Shown one piece after another: positions 10,563 to 21,602 of a stretch of 47,956 nucleotides of DNA. The notes under the pieces are model-generated. The model was given only the letters and a program-made list of their open reading frames with translations, was not told the DNA's origin and made no database searches. The stretch comes from Candidatus Methanomethylicia archaeon. Its GTDB lineage: Archaea > Thermoproteota > Methanomethylicia > CALHIW01. The position numbers were made by a program, and so were the translations under genes. Position 1 is the first letter of the stretch, and each line of letters begins with the position of its first letter. The stretch lies in assembly GCA_038845975.1 (NCBI GenBank), contig JAWBQF010000021.1, positions 1 through 47,956 of the forward strand. The letters are read 5' to 3'.

Positions 10563-11123
10563 TTTTCTTAATTTAAGAATTCTATGCTCATATATTGTTG
10601 GTTAATATAAAATGCTTGGCAATATATACTGGAATAAGATGTCCTTTGCTTGAACGTACCACCATTTTTAGATTTCTACATCATTTTATTATGATTCCCG
10701 TTAGGGTCTTTATATTATTTATGATTTAATTTTCTATGAATATCTACTTATTAGTAATGTATGGCATCATCCGAATGTCATGTAATATCATTCTTAATAT
10801 GCTCTAATGTTTTTATATTTACTGTCATGTATTTATCATGCTCTTAATGAAACCTCTAAATCTTTACTGTTTCTCATATCCTAATTTATCAACTATATGT
10901 GAGAATGATGCATAAATACAAACCGTTTCTTTTCTCTCAAGTTACATCTAGAAAAATAAGCTAATAAACTTAAGAACTCATCTGGAAGCTCTTTAAGTGT
11001 TGTTAAGACTTGATTAGGTTAGTAAGTTAACTACCAATAATTATGGAATTTTCAGACAAGCTATTAAAATTAAACAATTAAAATCCATGATTACCATCAT
11101 ACAAAGTGGAATAAATACAGAAA

Positions 11124-12103
11124 TAGGCTGTGGCAAAATTCTTAAGCTTTTTCTTCGTATGCTTCTCCATAGCTCATTTATCTAAGGGGATGCTTGAAGT
11201 CGTCTTTAAGGATGTTCTCGAGGAAGTTGTTCTACCAGCTGGGAGGCGTGTAGGGGAAGGCCAGGCTATCCGGTAAGCTCCATGGTGAAGACCTTCATCC
11301 TCATGTTCATCAGGGACTTATTGAGCGAGAGGTCTCTTGAAAGGTACCTCATGGACCATCCAGAGGAAGCCTCCTTATGTGGCTTCAAGGATGTGCCTTA
11401 GCACTCAACGTTCAGCCGATTCAGGCGCAGGATGGGTGAACACTTCTTTCAGGGGCTGTTTAGAAGGGTAAGAGCCGTACTGGATGTGGATCTACCATAC
11501 AAGGTTGTTATAGTGGATTCGACGCCCGTACCTAAGCCTAACGACCCTGAAGCTGAAGTAGGCTTTTACACTAGAGCTTTAAAGGGTTTAAGGTACACGT
11601 GGCTTCCTGTGAGCATGGTTTACCGAGGTCCGCCATGGTCACTACTGGGAACCGCCACGACAGCCCCTTCATGCCCAAACTCCTCGAGGACATGGGATCC
11701 ATCAACGCCGTTGTAGCAGACACTGGTTACGATAGTGAGGAGAACTATAGATGCATCGTCGAGGAGCATAACGCCATTCCCATAGTAGCCAGGAACAAGC
11801 GTAATAAGAAGGATGGAAGATTTAAAAAAGAAACTCCATCCGTAACAACCCTCCCATAAGCCCAGGCTCCAATACTTGGAGGAGGCTCTACAGGAGGAAG
11901 AGTGCCATCGAGCAGCCCTTCTCAATCCTTAAGGATACCGAAAAAGCTTTACGTGAAAGGTCTAGCTAACATAGCCGTATACGTCCTCCTAGCCCCTATA
12001 GCTTTACTAACCATAGCCATAACAACCATCAGGACGAGGAGACCAGGGCTTCTAAGGCGCATAGGAATATTCAAATACTAAGGCGGAATTATACCACAGC
12101 CTA
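11124..12103 (+). mobile_element. IS5/IS1182-like DDE insertion sequence, transposase pseudogene
   Basis: TIRs TAGGCTGTGGCAAAATTC/GAATTATACCACAGCCTA, 7-bp TSD ACAGAAA; motifs P*HSTFSRFRRR, IVDST, GNRHDS, VADTGYDS; in-frame TAG at 11399-11401 and frame break near 11580; GC-richer than host. Confidence 0.9.
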
Positions 12104-12155
12104 ACAGAAATAAAACTTCTAAGGTTAACAGAACACGAAAATATATATTATGCTA

Positions 12156-12557
12156 TGAACTCATCTTAAAATTAGATTTAAATAGACTAAAATCTTATCT
12201 GGCTTTATGGATTGGGCTTATGAGGTGCTGGTGGAGGTTCTTCATAGAGGTTCTAAGATGGGTCTTAACATCCTCGTTTATAGGAGTTGTCTAGCCCGTA
12301 GACGGCCCACAACCACTTAAGACATTTAGTTAATCAGGCCTTACGCTTAAAGAAGCTGTAAGGCATGGTCGTGGCAGACCAACCATACCGTACTTTATAC
12401 CTAGACAGGTTGCGTTAGCATCAAAGGACATTATGATCGTAAGCCTAACCCTCCAAAGGTTAAGGAGCATATGTCGCTTTAAGAAGGAGGATGCTACAAA
12501 ACATCATCAAAGAAAAAGGAATTAAATCTATTTTAGTCTAGTTTTAAGATGAGTTCA
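12156..12557. mobile_element. About 400-bp non-autonomous element (internally deleted IS/MITE)
   Basis: 21-bp near-perfect TIR TGAACTCATCTTAAAATTAGA/TCTAGTTTTAAGATGAGTTCA; GC-richer interior; no clear TSD. Confidence 0.75.
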
Positions 12558-13360
12558 AATATTAAGTCTTTTGCGGATCATACCTTATGTGTATTGTTAC
12601 ATATGTGAGCATTGTTTTTTGTCTTTCATATCTTGTTATTGCTTTTTATAATGTCTTAAGCATAATTTCCTTAACACTATACTTCTTAACCTACTCCTAC
12701 TTCATCCATACTATATGCGAGTCTTCACGCTCCAGGCTTATCGTAGAGCTTATAGGTCCAGGTATTGCTGAGGCTTATGATTAGGATATTGTGTAAACTC
12801 TCATCAAATATTATATGTATCTTATTCCTCGTATCTTGTTACATCTTCCCTAGTTTCTACAGCTATTTATAACAGCCTCATTCAGTATTAGGTATTAGGA
12901 GTTTAATACTCTATTCCATACACCAGCCTATCGAGAACTCTCTAGCAGTATTCTGTATATAGTTACTGTTAGCTGTAAGTAAAAATATGCTTTTAAGTGT
13001 CTACATGATTGCTGGAAGATGCTAGCCTTGAATTCTCCTACTTTTAAATTCTCCTACTTTTAAATATTTCGAGACTAAATTTAATATTAGTCTTTTAAAC
13101 TTAAACTAATGGCTCTGTAGAAAACCTACAATTAAGCCTTATTATCTTTAATATTATAGCTTTGCTCTATAAGAAAACTTCCCAGAATTGCCATATTCAT
13201 GTCAAAATGAAAGAATTGAGGATAGCAGCATACAGATGTTGTTCCATAGAAGCGAGAGTTTCCTATGGAACTCTAATCTGCCACTTTTTATATATAATTC
13301 TAGCTTTTCTGGTAAACTTATAACTACACAACCTTTAAAGTTCGCAGAGCTATTTAAGTT

Positions 13361-13597
13361 CTATAATGAGGAGACAAACTCTATATTTCTTGTTGTTTTT
13401 TTCATTCGTGAAACTCTAATTAACCCATTTAATTCCAAAGACATAAGCGCTTTATTGATTTCTCTCGAAGATACATCTTTGTACATCATCTTTATGGCTT
13501 TAAGAAGCTCAGAATCCTTCATTGTTTTCTTTCGTCTTAGTAATTCAATTATTATATCTTTCATATTACTAGTTTTCCACATACTTCGTATACTCAT
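13361..13597 (-). CDS. Small winged-helix protein
   Basis: IIIELLRRK...DSELL...SREINKALMSLELNGLIRV wHTH pattern; directly downstream of cdc48. Confidence 0.75.
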   Translation of the reverse strand: MSIRSMWKTSNMKDIIIELLRRKKTMKDSELLKAIKMMYKDVSSREINKALMSLELNGLIRVSRMKKTTRNIEFVSSL

Positions 13598-13658
13598 AAT
13601 ATCTTCCTCTAATTTTTTTATCGTAATTATTATTAGACTTAGGTTATATAATGTAGTG

Positions 13659-15833
13659 TTATATATAAGTTGTACGGCTCTGTATAAACGTGCTTTTTCG
13701 TAATCTTTCCTCCCACATTTTATAGAATCTTAAAATATCTTCAGTTAAAGTTGGTTTAATTTTCTTTAGCGCTATTTCAAAATGTTTCATATTTACTTTA
13801 GGTGTATTCATATTTTCTCTTAAAGCCATAAATGCAGCTTCTCTACATACAGCCTCTATGTCTGCACCGCTATATCCCTCAGTTATTTTTGCAATATGTT
13901 CCAAGTTGACATCATTACTAATTGGCATCTTTGCTGTATGAATACGAAATATCTGTAATCTTTCATTAACATTTGGTGGAGGGACAAATATTAACCTATC
14001 AAATCTTCCAGGTCTAAGAAGTGCTGGATCCAAAATGTCAGGCCTATTAGTTGCACCAAGAACAACAACTCCTTCCAATTTGCTAATTCCATCAATTTCT
14101 ACTAAAAGTTGTGCAGTAACTCTCTCATATATATTACTTCCTCCTTCTAATCCTCTTACCGGTGTTATGGACTCAATTTCATCAAAGAATACAACACAGG
14201 GTGCAGCAATTCTTGCCTTTCTAAATATTTCCCTTATTGCTTTCTCACTTTCTCCAACCCACTTGCTAAATATTTCTGGACCCTTAATGCTGATGAAGTT
14301 AGCTCCACTTTCATTTGCTACTGCTTTAGCTAGCAGCGTTTTTCCACATCCTGGCGGTCCATAAAGCAATACTCCCTTAGGCGGACTTATACCCATTTTT
14401 TCAAAAATATCAGGGCGTCTTATTGGCCATTCAATAGCCTCCTTAAGTTCTTGTTTAATTTCATTAAGCCCCCCAACATCATCCCACTTTACAGAAGGTA
14501 CTTCAACATATACTTCTCTCATAGCTGTTGGTGTTATCTCTCTGTAAGCTTCGAGAAAATCTCTCATTGTAACCTCAAGTTTTTCCAAGACTTCTGGTTC
14601 TATTTTCTCTTGTTGTAAATTTATTTCAGGCAATAATCGCCGTAGGGATTTCATTGCTGCTTCCCTGCATAATGCTGCCAAATCTGCACCAACATAACCA
14701 TGTGTTATTTCAGCTAAAGTTTTTAAATCAACATCAATTGCTAATGGCATATTTCTTGTATGTATTTGCAATATTTCAAATCTGCTTTGTTTATCCGGCA
14801 CTCCTATCTCAACTTCTCTATCAAATCTTCCTGGTCTTCTAAGTGCTGGATCTAAAACATTTGGTATATTCGTTGCGCCGATAACTATTATTTGTCCTCT
14901 TGTTTCAAGGCCATCCATTAGTGCTAAAAGCTGTGCTACAACCCTCTTTTCAACTTCACCTGTTACTTCTTCACGCTTTGGTGCTATAGCATCTATTTCA
15001 TCAATAAATATAATTGCTGGTGCATGCTGTTTGGCATCTTCAAATACTGTTCTAAGTCTTTGTTCAGATTCTCCATAGTACTTGCCCATTATTTCAGGGC
15101 CATTAATTGCTATGAAATAGGCGTCTGTTTCATTTGCTACTGCTTTAGCTAGCAGCGTTTTTCCACATCCTGGTGGTCCATAAAGCAATACTCCCTTAGG
15201 CGGATCGATGCCTAATCTTTTAAACAATTCAGGATGTTTTAAAGGCAGCTCTACCATTTCTCTAATTTTTTCAACAGCATCATGTAACCCACCAATATCT
15301 TCATATGTTACTCTAGGAAACTTAGATACTTCTGTTGGCTTTTCTAAAATCTGTAAATTGGTTTCCTCTACTACTACAACTATACCGTTTGGCTTTGTTG
15401 AAACAACTACAAAGGTTATTGCTTGTCCTAATACAGGAATATTTACAAAATCTCCATCGCACACTGGATATCCCAGAAGTTTTTTTTTCTTTACAAACTC
15501 TATAAATGTTTGATCAACATTTATTGTAAATGACGATGGAGCAAGCTTAACTTGTATAGCAGGTTTAACATTTGCTTTTCTAACAACTACCTTTTCACCA
15601 ATACTAACTCCAACATTCATTCTAATAGTACCATCTAGTCTAATAATATCTTCCTCTTCATCCTCCGGGTATGCGGGCCAGGCTTTTGCTGCACTTTTTC
15701 TTTTTCCCTCTATTTCAATTATCTCTCCAACCTTTATACCTAAGGTTTTCATCATTTTTTCACTAATTCTAGCTATTCCTTTATCTATATCTCTTTGTTT
15801 GGCTCCAGCAACAGTTAATAATACCTCTTTCAT
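13659..15833 (-). CDS. cdc48: Cdc48/VAT family AAA+ ATPase
   Basis: N-domain plus two AAA modules, each with [22 protein letters not shown] and RPGRFDR. Confidence 0.97.
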   Translation of the reverse strand: MKEVLLTVAGAKQRDIDKGIARISEKMMKTLGIKVGEIIEIEGKRKSAAKAWPAYPEDEEEDIIRLDGTIRMNVGVSIGEKVVVRKANVKPAIQVKLAPSSFTINVDQTFIEFVKKKKLLGYPVCDGDFVNIPVLGQAITFVVVSTKPNGIVVVVEETNLQILEKPTEVSKFPRVTYEDIGGLHDAVEKIREMVELPLKHPELFKRLGIDPPKGVLLYGPPGCGKTLLAKAVANETDAYFIAINGPEIMGKYYGESEQRLRTVFEDAKQHAPAIIFIDEIDAIAPKREEVTGEVEKRVVAQLLALMDGLETRGQIIVIGATNIPNVLDPALRRPGRFDREVEIGVPDKQSRFEILQIHTRNMPLAIDVDLKTLAEITHGYVGADLAALCREAAMKSLRRLLPEINLQQEKIEPEVLEKLEVTMRDFLEAYREITPTAMREVYVEVPSVKWDDVGGLNEIKQELKEAIEWPIRRPDIFEKMGISPPKGVLLYGPPGCGKTLLAKAVANESGANFISIKGPEIFSKWVGESEKAIREIFRKARIAAPCVVFFDEIESITPVRGLEGGSNIYERVTAQLLVEIDGISKLEGVVVLGATNRPDILDPALLRPGRFDRLIFVPPPNVNERLQIFRIHTAKMPISNDVNLEHIAKITEGYSGADIEAVCREAAFMALRENMNTPKVNMKHFEIALKKIKPTLTEDILRFYKMWEERLRKSTFIQSRTTYI

Positions 15834-16348
15834 ATTCTAGTCTCCACTTGGTCATTAATTACTGATGTTTTAGCCAAAAATAAATTTTTTTAAACCTTAT
15901 AATTTTTGGAAAATGAAAAAGATTCACTTCTTTGGCCTACTGGCTTCGTCTTTTTAATGAATGTACATTTTCTTAAAGAGAGTTTAAGTTTTTAACGAAT
16001 AAAGAAAAATGAATAAGTAAAAATTTTAAGCTTTTTTAAAAAAGTTTATTATGTAGAAAGTAAACTAAGTTCATAAATCTATACTAAACTTCTGTATTTA
16101 GTGCTTAAGTTACAATGGTAAGTGCTGATCTTTTATAATTAAATTATTATTAGAATTTATGTATTTAACCATTAATTTTGAATATATTTAGGCAGAATAA
16201 AAAATAGGCAAACTATTTAAAACAGTGAATTCATTGCTAAACTGATTAGTTTAAAGTTGAACTAATTATAATATATTTGTCAACCATGTTCATATATAGT
16301 ATTATGCTAAGAGTTTTTGTAATCTGTAAGTAATATTTAAAGTAAATC

Positions 16349-16648
16349 CTAACCTCCTCCATGTACGGTGGGCAGAAATACTACTTCATCACCACGTTTT
16401 AATACAGTATTTAACCCACTAAGTACATTTATTTCTACCCCATTAACAAATACTAATACGTCTGAACTTAGTAAACCATTAATTATAAGTCTCCTATTAA
16501 ATTCCTGGTTGTTTATTAAAATGATGATTTTTATCAAGTCCTTCAGTTTAATTTCATCTATATCAAACATTATAACAGGCTTTAATGCAATCCTCTTAAG
16601 AATAGCCATGAACTTAACAACTATAAGATGTTTACAACTAGTTCCCAT
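16349..16648 (-). CDS. Ubiquitin-like MoaD/Urm1/SAMP family protein
   Basis: VLVFVNGVEI..L.GLNT.LK.GDEVVFLPTVHGGG* beta-grasp C-terminus; start uncertain. Confidence 0.85.
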   Translation of the reverse strand: MGTSCKHLIVVKFMAILKRIALKPVIMFDIDEIKLKDLIKIIILINNQEFNRRLIINGLLSSDVLVFVNGVEINVLSGLNTVLKRGDEVVFLPTVHGGG

Positions 16649-17289
16649 AAGTTAGTTTTTAGAGCTTATAGCTTAATATTTATTTCTTAAAATACTTTAT
16701 ATAGCCTTGAATTCATGGATTTCAGAATTAAACTGCAAAACAATTTTTAAAATACTTTATTCCGAATTACTACTTTGTGACTTGAATTATGTTGTCTCTC
16801 TTTGATCTTTCAATTATAGACTATAGAGTTGACAAGAGGCTTATTGGACCTGTAGTGTTTTGAATAATTTTTCAGAATTAATCGACTAATATAGTATTTT
16901 AAACAATTTTCGATAAGTATACAATTGTTAGAGTTATGTTGAAACTAGTACTATGATTTGGCAAAATCCATAAAATACTATAGTAATTCGTGAATTTTGC
17001 ACGTTGGACTTCATATAGTTAATTTCGTATTTATAGTTTTTGAGGAATTTCTAGAAACGGATTGAGAGTCAGTAGGAAGATTTGATTGTCAATCTAAACG
17101 ATATGGTTTTAGATAAGTTATAAAAGCAGAGCTTTTATGGTAACGAACAAAAAGTTAAACGATAACATACAATACGTAGAGGACAATAAATATAATTAAG
17201 GTTTTCTATAAAGTCTTATTCTAAAAAACTTTATATAAATGAGGTATTCCAAAATACTTGCACTGGTTTAGTTTAAGGTGCTGAGTGAT

Positions 17290-17383
17290 GGGCCGGTAGC
17301 TCAGTTTGGAATGAGCGCCCGCTTTGCAAGCGGGAGTTCAGTATTGTGACCCGAAGCCGCGGGTTCAAATCCCGCCCGGTCCA
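17290..17383 (+). tRNA. tRNA-Ala(TGC) with variable-loop intron 45/46 (17337-17355)
   Basis: GGGCCGG/CCGGTCC-A (G3:U70), CCCGC-TT-TGC-AA-GCGGG; BHB central helix CGGG/CCCG, bulges AG|T and AA|G, inner helix TCA/TGA. Confidence 0.93.
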
Positions 17384-17603
17384 TAACAAATAGTAGACAA
17401 CCAAGAGTTGTTAGATGAGCCATAAAGGAAGATTTTCTTTCCTATTAGATGTCTAGCTGTCTTGTTTATAGGTTTCTAATTTTACTGAACGATAAACTAT
17501 CTATTTTTTTCTACATTATTTAATAAATATGCTTCAAGTACACATGGTAAATTATGCATGTTAAAGAAATATTCCTTACCATATCAGCTTAGAAGATGAT
17601 GAT

Positions 17604-17950
17604 ATGTCAATCTTTCTATGGCGTAGACGTGCATAAATGTGTATTAGTAGCTACTATTTTAAGTAAAAGACTTTAGGGAAATCCAAATCCTCATTAGCAG
17701 CTTTAAGGGTTTTAAGTGATTGAAGAATTGGCTTAAATACCTAAGCTGTAGAGATATAGCTAGAGTTTGTTGATGCATATTAGACTACACTATACTCAGC
17801 ATTAGAAGATGAGTTTAAAATAGTATTAGACAATTCTAGAAGTGCTAAAGCTATTCCTAATAAACACATCAATCTGGTAGCTGAATTCCAGCTCAATTAT
17901 TAAAGTGGATCGATTTGAACTGTAAGAGAGATTAAGAAATAGTAATAGCA
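17604..17950 (+). pseudogene. Decayed IS110-family transposase N-terminal fragment
   Basis: Fragments translate GVDVHK..LVATIL, LKNWLK, TLYSALEDEFKIVLDN.RSAKAIP, matching the DEDD domain pattern; several stops and frameshifts; ends approximate. Confidence 0.6.
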
Positions 17951-17954
17951 GCAT

Positions 17955-18349
17955 CTAGAACGCGTAACTTAAGTTTACTTTTCTAGGTAGTTATAGTATG
18001 AATAGGTTTATCCAGTTGCTCTTCCATCATTTAGGATGTTGTTTATTGTGGCATTACTTGTTGAGAACACTATAGTTCTTGTTAAATGGGAAGTATCTTA
18101 TTCTACTATCTTCTCTCATCAAAAGGCTTTTAAAGCTATAACTCTCTGAAATTCTAATGAACCCACATTGATCTCTTCTAAGCCTACATATTCACCTACC
18201 AGCAGCTATCCAGAAACCCTATGAATCTCAGATAATACTCTAAAAATCCTTCTCAAACATCTGAATATAGAAATTTAACAAAAATCTCAACCTAATGGAA
18301 TCTTATTCCTCTCAAAACTCTAAGATCCCTAACTAAGCCCCTAACATTC
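17955..18349. mobile_element. Decayed IS fragment homologous (inverted) to the element at 22530-23707
   Basis: Reverse complement of 18181-18330 aligns by eye to about 22595-22735; 17955-18030 aligns to about 23060-23140. Confidence 0.6.
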
Positions 18350-18357
18350 ATGAAAAT

Positions 18358-19020
18358 GTGTTTGTTACACTATCATTACTCCTTGTTTATGCTTGTTATT
18401 AGGTTGTGTATGTATATGAAGCTATGTAGCTAGCTTATTGTTCTTGTTATTTCCTTTGAAATTATTGAATCTTTTAATTCTATGTTTAATGATTTGAATA
18501 CTTGTTCAACTACATTCTTAAAGGTCATGTTTATTTTGCTTAATCCGATCAAAACCTTTATACAAGGCCCTCCATCATGTATGTATTTAACTTCAATTCC
18601 TAGCTTTAACTATTCTTAAACATCTAGGTACGATTACGTAGGCTAACGTAAACCTCAACAATAAACTTAATTCAACATCAACTATAATATGAATATTCTA
18701 CTATCCATAGGCTCTAGTTTCATCTACAGCTACAATCCTAACCTTAAATCTATTCTAATTCTGAAAGCATACGCCAATATCTCTATAGGCTTTTATGTGA
18801 ATATCCATGAGCAGTTAGAGAAGCTCTAAAGATAAGTGAGATAATAATCTATTAAGCCACTAGCTAACTTCAACTTAAACATGCAAAGACTTAATAACCC
18901 TTAAACATGAATTAATAAGAGGCCCAACCCTAAACCCTACAAGTAACTCTACACATAAACTATAAAGATTGAAACCCATATAAACCAACACAAACATACC
19001 AATAATGTTGCGACAAACAC
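18358..19020 (-). mobile_element. Decayed IS6-family element
   Basis: TIR GTGTTTGTTACAC/GTTGCGACAAACAC, perfect 8-bp TSD ATGAAAAT (18350-18357, 19021-19028); minus-strand fragments IVAVDETR, IHDGGP, NVVEQVFKSLKHRIKRFNNNF. Confidence 0.8.
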
Positions 19021-19408
19021 ATGAAAATAATAGTAAGCTTTATATAGCTTACTAAGTTACCACGTACAACATCTAAAGCTATAGACTCAAAACTTAAGAT
19101 TACCTTTTTTAGGAGTTAGACTGAGAGATAAGAGTAGCTATAATAGTATTAGCGAATGAAATATTAGCTATAATAATATAGCATATATCGTTAAAGGGGA
19201 AAATATGTAAAGAAACGATACTAAAAGCTTTAAGTATAACTTAACAACAAACATCGACGAAATAATTAAAATTTTAGAACAAGTAAAATATGTTGTGATG
19301 ATGTGGGCCTAAAGAAAAACTTTATTTACAGCAAATGGTTAGCAACTAAAGGCAATAGAAGAATAGTTAAAGCTCTGTTTCTTATGGCAAAAATACCAAA
19401 AGGAATAG

Positions 19409-19535
19409 TGGGGCCGGAGGGATTTGAACCCTCGCCCAACGGGTTTCCCTACATTATATGGTTTAATTTATTAATATGTCTATCTGGAGCCCGTCATCAT
19501 ACCTAGCTAGACCACGGCTTAGTGCTACTAATCCC
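19409..19535 (-). tRNA. tRNA-Trp(CCA) with introns at 3/4 (19519-19532) and 37/38 (19445-19483)
   Basis: 3' acceptor CGGCCCC-A requires GGGGCCG = GGG + 14-nt intron + GCCG; ACGGG-CT-CCA-G|..|A-CCCGT; T-arm GAGGG-TTCAAAT-CCCTC. Confidence 0.88.
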
Positions 19536-19792
19536 ACCCCATCTGGCCCTTAGGATATATTATATCATAAACTTATAAGTTTGTCGATTGTTGAAATAAA
19601 TCCTGCTAATTCATCTAACTAGATCCATTATTAAAGAAATGACAATTTACCTAATGCTAATACAGAACTTATAAGACTGAGTTAAGGATTTATAATAGTT
19701 TAAAAGCTAGTTGTTAATATTCAAATAGTAGACCCACGCGATTAGATTATTTTTATCAAAGAAACGCCTTCACTATATTAAATTTTTAAATC

Positions 19793-20911
19793 TTATTGTC
19801 CAATCCCCATAGTGTTCCCAATACCGGCTATAATTAATGTTGCACCTTTTGGATAACTTGTAACTATAGCTCTTATTTTCTCAATAATTTTATCGGCAGC
19901 ATCGAATATCTCCTTTTTCATAGTAGTTATGGCATCTTCTAGGGATTCCTTTACTACTAATGCATATATAGGAATCTTATGTTTTGTAGCTTCTTCTTCG
20001 ATTTTGTACTTTTCAGGTCCTGGATCTCCAATAGCTGCCCCAACTCCTTCGGCAATACTGCCTACCTCCTCTCCCTCTAATTTCATTGCAGCATCAACCA
20101 TCACTATCCCATCAATATTTCCACTTCTCATTTCAATAATCTTTGAAATAGCTTCTCCAGGTTTTCCAACAACTCCGCTTGGTCCCTCAGCTTTAACAAC
20201 AATTAGCCTTCTTCCTTCAAAGAATATTTCAGCTGTTACCGTATCTTCTGCTATTTTTTCATATTTTTGACCGTACATCAATTTAGCAGCAACAAGCGCT
20301 CCAATTCCATCTCCTATTGGCTGTAAATTAATAAATGAAGTAAGCGCATTGTAGTATGCTCTAGCATATCTCATAATTAGTGGTATAATCATTTCAAGCT
20401 GCATTAATATATATGGGCTTTTAGTTTTTTCACCTAGAATAAAATTATGTCTAACATACTTATATATTATATTTAAGACTTGGGCTATAGCCAAAAGATT
20501 TTCAAAGTTATCTATATCCTGTTTACTAGCTGTTGGCACTAATGATAATATGAATTCTCTAATTCTTTTTCTTTCAGTATTAAGTAAGTGCTCAAGTTTA
20601 CGTACGATTCCGTTTGGATCTAAATCTACTGGGTATATTGCGAAAAAATCGAGAAACATGTTCACTTTATTTGAAACTTCAAAATTATTACCGGCAACTT
20701 TACTTATTCTCTCTACAACTTGACTTGTTGCTTTAGTTGACATTTCAGTTAAAGCTCTTAATGCTTTTTTAATGCTCCATATCCAAATGATCATCTGGAG
20801 TTTATTACCAACTAAAATCCAGATAAGAAGAAAAGCAATAATGCTTAAGATATATTGTAATATTGAACTAAACCCAGTATCTTGACCTATGATTTGCTGA
20901 ATCACAGCCAT
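19793..20911 (-). CDS. DUF1512 family membrane-anchored protein
   Basis: PVDLDPNGIV.KLEHL, PIGDGIG, KAEGP...VGKPG, VDAAMKLEGE..G.IAEGVGAAIGDPGPEK, GIGNTMGIGQ. Confidence 0.8.
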   Translation of the reverse strand: MAVIQQIIGQDTGFSSILQYILSIIAFLLIWILVGNKLQMIIWIWSIKKALRALTEMSTKATSQVVERISKVAGNNFEVSNKVNMFLDFFAIYPVDLDPNGIVRKLEHLLNTERKRIREFILSLVPTASKQDIDNFENLLAIAQVLNIIYKYVRHNFILGEKTKSPYILMQLEMIIPLIMRYARAYYNALTSFINLQPIGDGIGALVAAKLMYGQKYEKIAEDTVTAEIFFEGRRLIVVKAEGPSGVVGKPGEAISKIIEMRSGNIDGIVMVDAAMKLEGEEVGSIAEGVGAAIGDPGPEKYKIEEEATKHKIPIYALVVKESLEDAITTMKKEIFDAADKIIEKIRAIVTSYPKGATLIIAGIGNTMGIGQ

Positions 20912-21128
20912 ACACCTTCAATATTATCATAGTTAATTTATTTACTGTCTTTATAAACTTTAAAGCTTAGGATATATATCAAACCCTGGTATACTACATT
21001 TATTTTTAACTTGTTGTAAAAACAATTTACTATATGCGATTTTTAAATAAACAGTATTTTTAATGCATTATGAGTTTTTGTAAACATTTTTATAAAAACT
21101 GTGACACCTAAATAGTATTGGTGTTACT

Positions 21129-21602
21129 ATGGGCAAGATCATAATAGCGCTTCATAATGTACATAGTGTATATAAGATTGTTGAAATTGCTAAGCTATGT
21201 GATGTATTTAATGTTGACTTACTTGTAATAAGCAGAGCAGTTGGTTCAGCAGCTCAGCAAGGAATATCTGAAGCTTCTAAGTTAATATTTAAAAGCAATA
21301 AGATATTGTTAGTAGTTAATGATTTAAAAGAAGCTATAGATCTTATTAAACCCTTTAAGGTATATCTATTATCGGCTAAACCATATGCCCAAGCCCCCCT
21401 TGATATAAATAATTTACTTAAAGAATTAAATCAAGAAGATATCATGATCGTACTTCCAGGAACAGATTTAGGATTTAGTAGAAATGAGTTAGCTCTAGGT
21501 GAGCCTGTTTTCTTAAAATTCTTGATTAATAAAGATCCAGGCCCTATTGCAACTGCAGCCATAATTTTATATGAAATTAAAAAAGAAAGCTTCATGGCTT
21601 AA
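21129..21602 (+). CDS. SPOUT-class putative RNA methyltransferase (COG4080/DUF2122, often annotated RecB-family nuclease)
   Basis: LHNVHS...EIAK, SRAVGSAAQQGI.EASKL.FK, DLKEAIDL, G...GFSRNEL.LGE. Confidence 0.7.
   Translation: MGKIIIALHNVHSVYKIVEIAKLCDVFNVDLLVISRAVGSAAQQGISEASKLIFKSNKILLVVNDLKEAIDLIKPFKVYLLSAKPYAQAPLDINNLLKELNQEDIMIVLPGTDLGFSRNELALGEPVFLKFLINKDPGPIATAAIILYEIKKESFMA

Noticed and set aside
11399-11401. Pyrrolysine read-through of the transposase TAG, given an MttB gene in the window
   Set aside because: The MttB has no amber codon, no pyl genes or tRNA-Pyl are seen, TAG is a normal stop in core genes (lsm, dnaG), and the IS has other lesions
12587-13050. 65-aa ORF (12587-12784) or an IS110 C-terminal relic on the minus strand
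   Set aside because: ORF has no family motif; the relic signal (IAVETREDVTRY) is too weak to call without a search
19445-19483. Box C/D guide RNA inside the tRNA-Trp intron, as in some euryarchaea
   Set aside because: Intron is only 39 nt, AT-rich, with no RUGAUGA or CUGA boxes
19303-19506. 67-aa ORF
   Set aside because: Its VGPEGFEP segment is the antisense translation of tRNA-Trp
19409-19535. tRNA-Trp as a 5'-truncated pseudogene or trans-spliced split tRNA
   Set aside because: The missing GGG lies 14 nt upstream within a complete cis BHB
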